Source of the DNA: an uncultured Eubacteriales bacterium
GTDB taxonomy: Bacteria; Acidobacteriota; Aminicenantia; Aminicenantales; Aminicenantaceae
DNA: 64,000 nucleotides
Assembly (NCBI GenBank): GCA_964440805.1
Contig: CAYTTR010000004.1
Location: 15,040-79,039, forward strand
Direction of reading: 5' to 3'
The notes below the pieces were generated by a model. That model ran no database searches and was not told the DNA's origin. It saw only the letters and a list, made by a program, of their open reading frames with translations. Positions 61,782 through 64,000 of this stretch are shown piece after piece (position 1 is the first letter of the stretch; each line of letters starts with the position of its first letter). Both the position numbers and the translations under genes were made by a program.

Positions 61782-62960
61782 ATGCAAAAAGTAATCATCC
61801 TTGGGGCCGGACTTGTTGGCGGTCCCATGGCTTTGGATTTGGCTGCCGATCCGGATATTATGGTTTGGACAGTGGACAAGGATAAAGAGGCTCTTAAAAG
61901 GCTTAATGTATCCGGTTCAATTCGAACCATCCGTTCAGATCTTTCCCGGAGAGAAAATGTTAAGAAACTCGTCCAGGATTTTGATTTTGTAATTAGTGCT
62001 GTACCTGGAGCTATGGGCTTTGAAACATTGAAAACTGTAATCGAAACCGGAAAAAAGGTGGTAGATATTTCCTTTTTTCCGGAAGATGTCTTTCTTCTGG
62101 ATGAGTTAGCAAAAAAAAAGGGAGTCACTGCTGTAGTGGATTGCGGAGTTGCGCCTGGAATGACCAACTTGTTGGCTGGGTATGTTGATCAGATTCTTGA
62201 CAATACCGAGTCTTTAACCATTTATGTGGGCGGTTTGCCTGAGGAACGCAAGTGGCCTTATGAGTATAAAGCCGGCTTTTCTCCCTATGACGTAATTGAG
62301 GAGTACCTGCGTCCGGCAAGATACGTGGAATGGGGAAAGGTTGTGGTTAAGCCGGCTCTTTCAGAACCAGAGCTAATCAATTTTCCTGGGATTGGGACTT
62401 TAGAGGCTTTCAACACAGACGGTTTACGTACTCTTATTAAAACTCTTTCTATTCCCAACATGAAAGAAAAAACCCTGAGATATCCCGGACATATTGAGAA
62501 AATGGCAATGCTTAGAGACACCGGCTTTTTTGGCCAAAAAGAAGTTCAGATAGGGGAAGTAAAGATAAGGCCGATTGACCTCACAGCTAAACTTCTATTT
62601 CCCAAATGGAAAATGAACTTAGGTGATCGCGATATTACGGTGCTGAAGATGATGGTTGAAGGAAAAAAAGCGAATCAGACAGTTCGTTATTCCTATGAAC
62701 TTCTGGATAGATATAATCCAGAGACCGGAATTCATTCTATGGCCCGGACAACAGGCTATACAGCCACCCTTATGCTGCGCCTGCTTGCTAAAGGTCTTTA
62801 TGAACGAAAGGGAATATCTCCGCCTGAGTATATCGGACGAAATCCTGATTGTGTGGATTTCATTCTTCAAGGTTTAAGGAAACGGGGCGTTTACTACAAG
62901 GAGGCGGTTGAAAATTTATCCTCTGAGACGACCATAAGGAAACAAAAAAAGGAGAAATAA
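61782..62960 (+). CDS. saccharopine dehydrogenase-like NAD(P)-binding oxidoreductase
   Basis: 392 aa with an N-terminal Rossmann fold (KVIILGAGLVGGP), VDCGVAPGMTN and a C-terminal Sacchrp_dh-like region. Confidence 0.65.
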   Translation: MQKVIILGAGLVGGPMALDLAADPDIMVWTVDKDKEALKRLNVSGSIRTIRSDLSRRENVKKLVQDFDFVISAVPGAMGFETLKTVIETGKKVVDISFFPEDVFLLDELAKKKGVTAVVDCGVAPGMTNLLAGYVDQILDNTESLTIYVGGLPEERKWPYEYKAGFSPYDVIEEYLRPARYVEWGKVVVKPALSEPELINFPGIGTLEAFNTDGLRTLIKTLSIPNMKEKTLRYPGHIEKMAMLRDTGFFGQKEVQIGEVKIRPIDLTAKLLFPKWKMNLGDRDITVLKMMVEGKKANQTVRYSYELLDRYNPETGIHSMARTTGYTATLMLRLLAKGLYERKGISPPEYIGRNPDCVDFILQGLRKRGVYYKEAVENLSSETTIRKQKKEK

Positions 62961-62962
62961 TA

Positions 62963-63826
62963 ATGAAAAGATTTTTTATTGTAATGGTTGCGGGGTTTGT
63001 ACTGTTATCGCTCAACCTTCCTGCCGATAAAAGTGCCGAAGGATATCTTTTTATAATCGGTGGAGGGAATCGTCCGGAACAAATGATGGAAAATTATGTG
63101 TCATTAGCCCAAAAAAATCCCCAAAAGAAAACAGTTGTTTTTCCCATGGCCAGTGGTTCGCCCGAGGAAGCCGGCCAGGCCATGAAAGAAGAATTAACCG
63201 GGCTCGGTTTGCCGGAGGTGGAATATCATGTTTTGAGTAGAGATCAGGCAGAAAATCAGGAAACCCTCAAGATTCTGGATGGAGTGGGTTCCATTTATTT
63301 CACCGGAGGAGATCAAAGCCGGTTGACCAAAGCACTGGTTGGGGCCCCAATCCAGGAAAGACTTCTCGAAATTTATAAACAAGGGGGTGTAATTGGAGGA
63401 ACCAGTGCCGGAGCAGCGGTCATGAGTGAATTAATGATTACCGGCAATGAAAAAATACCTGTTGAAGACGACCGGGCTTTTGAGAGAATCATGGCCGATA
63501 ATATTGAGGTTATTCCGGGTTTAGGATTCATTAAAACAGCAATTATAGATCAACATTTTGTGACCCGCAAAAGACACAACCGTTTGATAAGCCTGGTTCT
63601 GGAAAATAAAGATCTCCTGGGGATCGGAATTGATGAATCCACGGCGATTATAGTTAAACCCGGCAGAACTTTTGAAGTTGTGGGAGAACAAAATGTCATC
63701 GTCTATGATGCTTCAGGAGCAGCCATAGAAATCAGGCCTGATAAAATCCTGAGCGGGCATAATGTCGTAATGCATGTCCTTAAACCGGGTGACAAATTCG
63801 ATTTAAAAACAAAAGAGCCGATTTAA
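62963..63826 (+). CDS. cyanophycinase (peptidase S51) with a signal peptide
   Basis: It has the N-terminal hydrophobic leader FFIVMVAGFVLLSL. S51 motifs are FIIGGGN, FTGGDQSRL, GGTSAGAAVMS (nucleophile Ser) and IDQHFVTRKRHNRL. Confidence 0.8.
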   Translation: MKRFFIVMVAGFVLLSLNLPADKSAEGYLFIIGGGNRPEQMMENYVSLAQKNPQKKTVVFPMASGSPEEAGQAMKEELTGLGLPEVEYHVLSRDQAENQETLKILDGVGSIYFTGGDQSRLTKALVGAPIQERLLEIYKQGGVIGGTSAGAAVMSELMITGNEKIPVEDDRAFERIMADNIEVIPGLGFIKTAIIDQHFVTRKRHNRLISLVLENKDLLGIGIDESTAIIVKPGRTFEVVGEQNVIVYDASGAAIEIRPDKILSGHNVVMHVLKPGDKFDLKTKEPI

Positions 63827-64000
63827 AAGGGCCCCCAATTCATAAGAATAGGAGGAATCAGAGCGATCAAGCTGAAGACAATAAGAATCATCATCAGGGG
63901 CAGGAACCATCTGGCCCATTTTTCCCAAGGAATATGGGCCACGCCAAGGACTCCCATAGTCACTGCCGAGGTAGGCAGAATAGGATTGATAACTTCGCAT
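63823..64000 (-). CDS. C-terminal end of a polytopic transporter (YfcC/DcuC-like?), partial
   Basis: A frame not listed in the track reads ...CEVINPILPTSAVTMGVLGVAHIPWEKWARWFLPLMMILIVFSLIALIPPILMNWGPF-stop. It is hydrophobic and protein-like, unlike the listed 63803-64000 frame. The family call is tentative. Confidence 0.4.
   Translation of the reverse strand, partial: CEVINPILPTSAVTMGVLGVAHIPWEKWARWFLPLMMILIVFSLIALIPPILMNWGPF

Noticed and set aside
61766-62167. A 133-aa minus-strand ORF overlapping the start of the saccharopine-dehydrogenase-like gene.
   Set aside because: It is antisense to a Rossmann-fold N-terminus (VIILGAGLVGG), is Ser/Thr/Pro-rich and has no support.
63803-64000. The track ORF MRSYQSYSAYLGSDYGSPW... 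at the right edge.
   Set aside because: It is Ser/Tyr/Asp-rich and non-protein-like. The adjacent frame gives a convincing hydrophobic transporter C-terminus ending at 63823, which is reported instead.

Overview
This 64-kb chromosomal window appears to come from an anaerobic, probably diderm bacterium, since it encodes an LPS-kinase-like gene, an outer-membrane beta-barrel and ECF/LTXXQ envelope-stress genes. About 65 protein-coding genes are supported, most on the minus strand. I found no rRNA, tRNA or CRISPR array. From left to right the content is as follows. (1) An envelope-related plus-strand operon (Kdo/WaaP-type kinase, GH-like protein, methyltransferase, internally duplicated secreted protein), an SH3b-OMP, nupC, yggT/DUF167 and a DUF1573 protein. 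(2) usp and dprA-topA-xerC, a comEA-like gene, rdgB, mgtC, a UbiA/methyltransferase pair and a large NAD-glutamate dehydrogenase. (3) Hydrogenase maturation genes (hypA, hypB, endopeptidase) co-transcribed with receiver/kinase genes from a sigma-54 promoter. (4) A SufS-like desulfurase and a tricorn-type protease. (5) A group-3b (sulfhydrogenase-type) hydBGDA operon with its own sigma-54 promoter and an adjacent Cache-kinase/NtrC pair. (6) A 16-gene operon interleaving hdrCBA, a NuoE/F flavoprotein plus [FeFe]-hydrogenase-like sensory cassette, and mvhDGA. (7) An ECF sigma/anti-sigma/LTXXQ operon, a symporter with a GckR-like double-SIS protein, an MFS transporter, and a saccharopine-dehydrogenase-like gene with cyanophycinase and a YfcC-like transporter. 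The four most interesting observations are: hdrA is split exactly where the NuoEF/sensor cassette sits, and its C-terminal part is fused to a NuoG/HydA-type Fe-S N-terminus; the [NiFe] large subunit of the 3b enzyme is fused in frame to a maturation endopeptidase domain; a dispersed intergenic repeat family is built from degenerate 9-nt periodic units (five loci); and two sigma-54 promoters share identical upstream geometry. Three signalling genes near the hydrogenases look interrupted or truncated. All functional calls rest on motif recognition by eye; no database search was possible.
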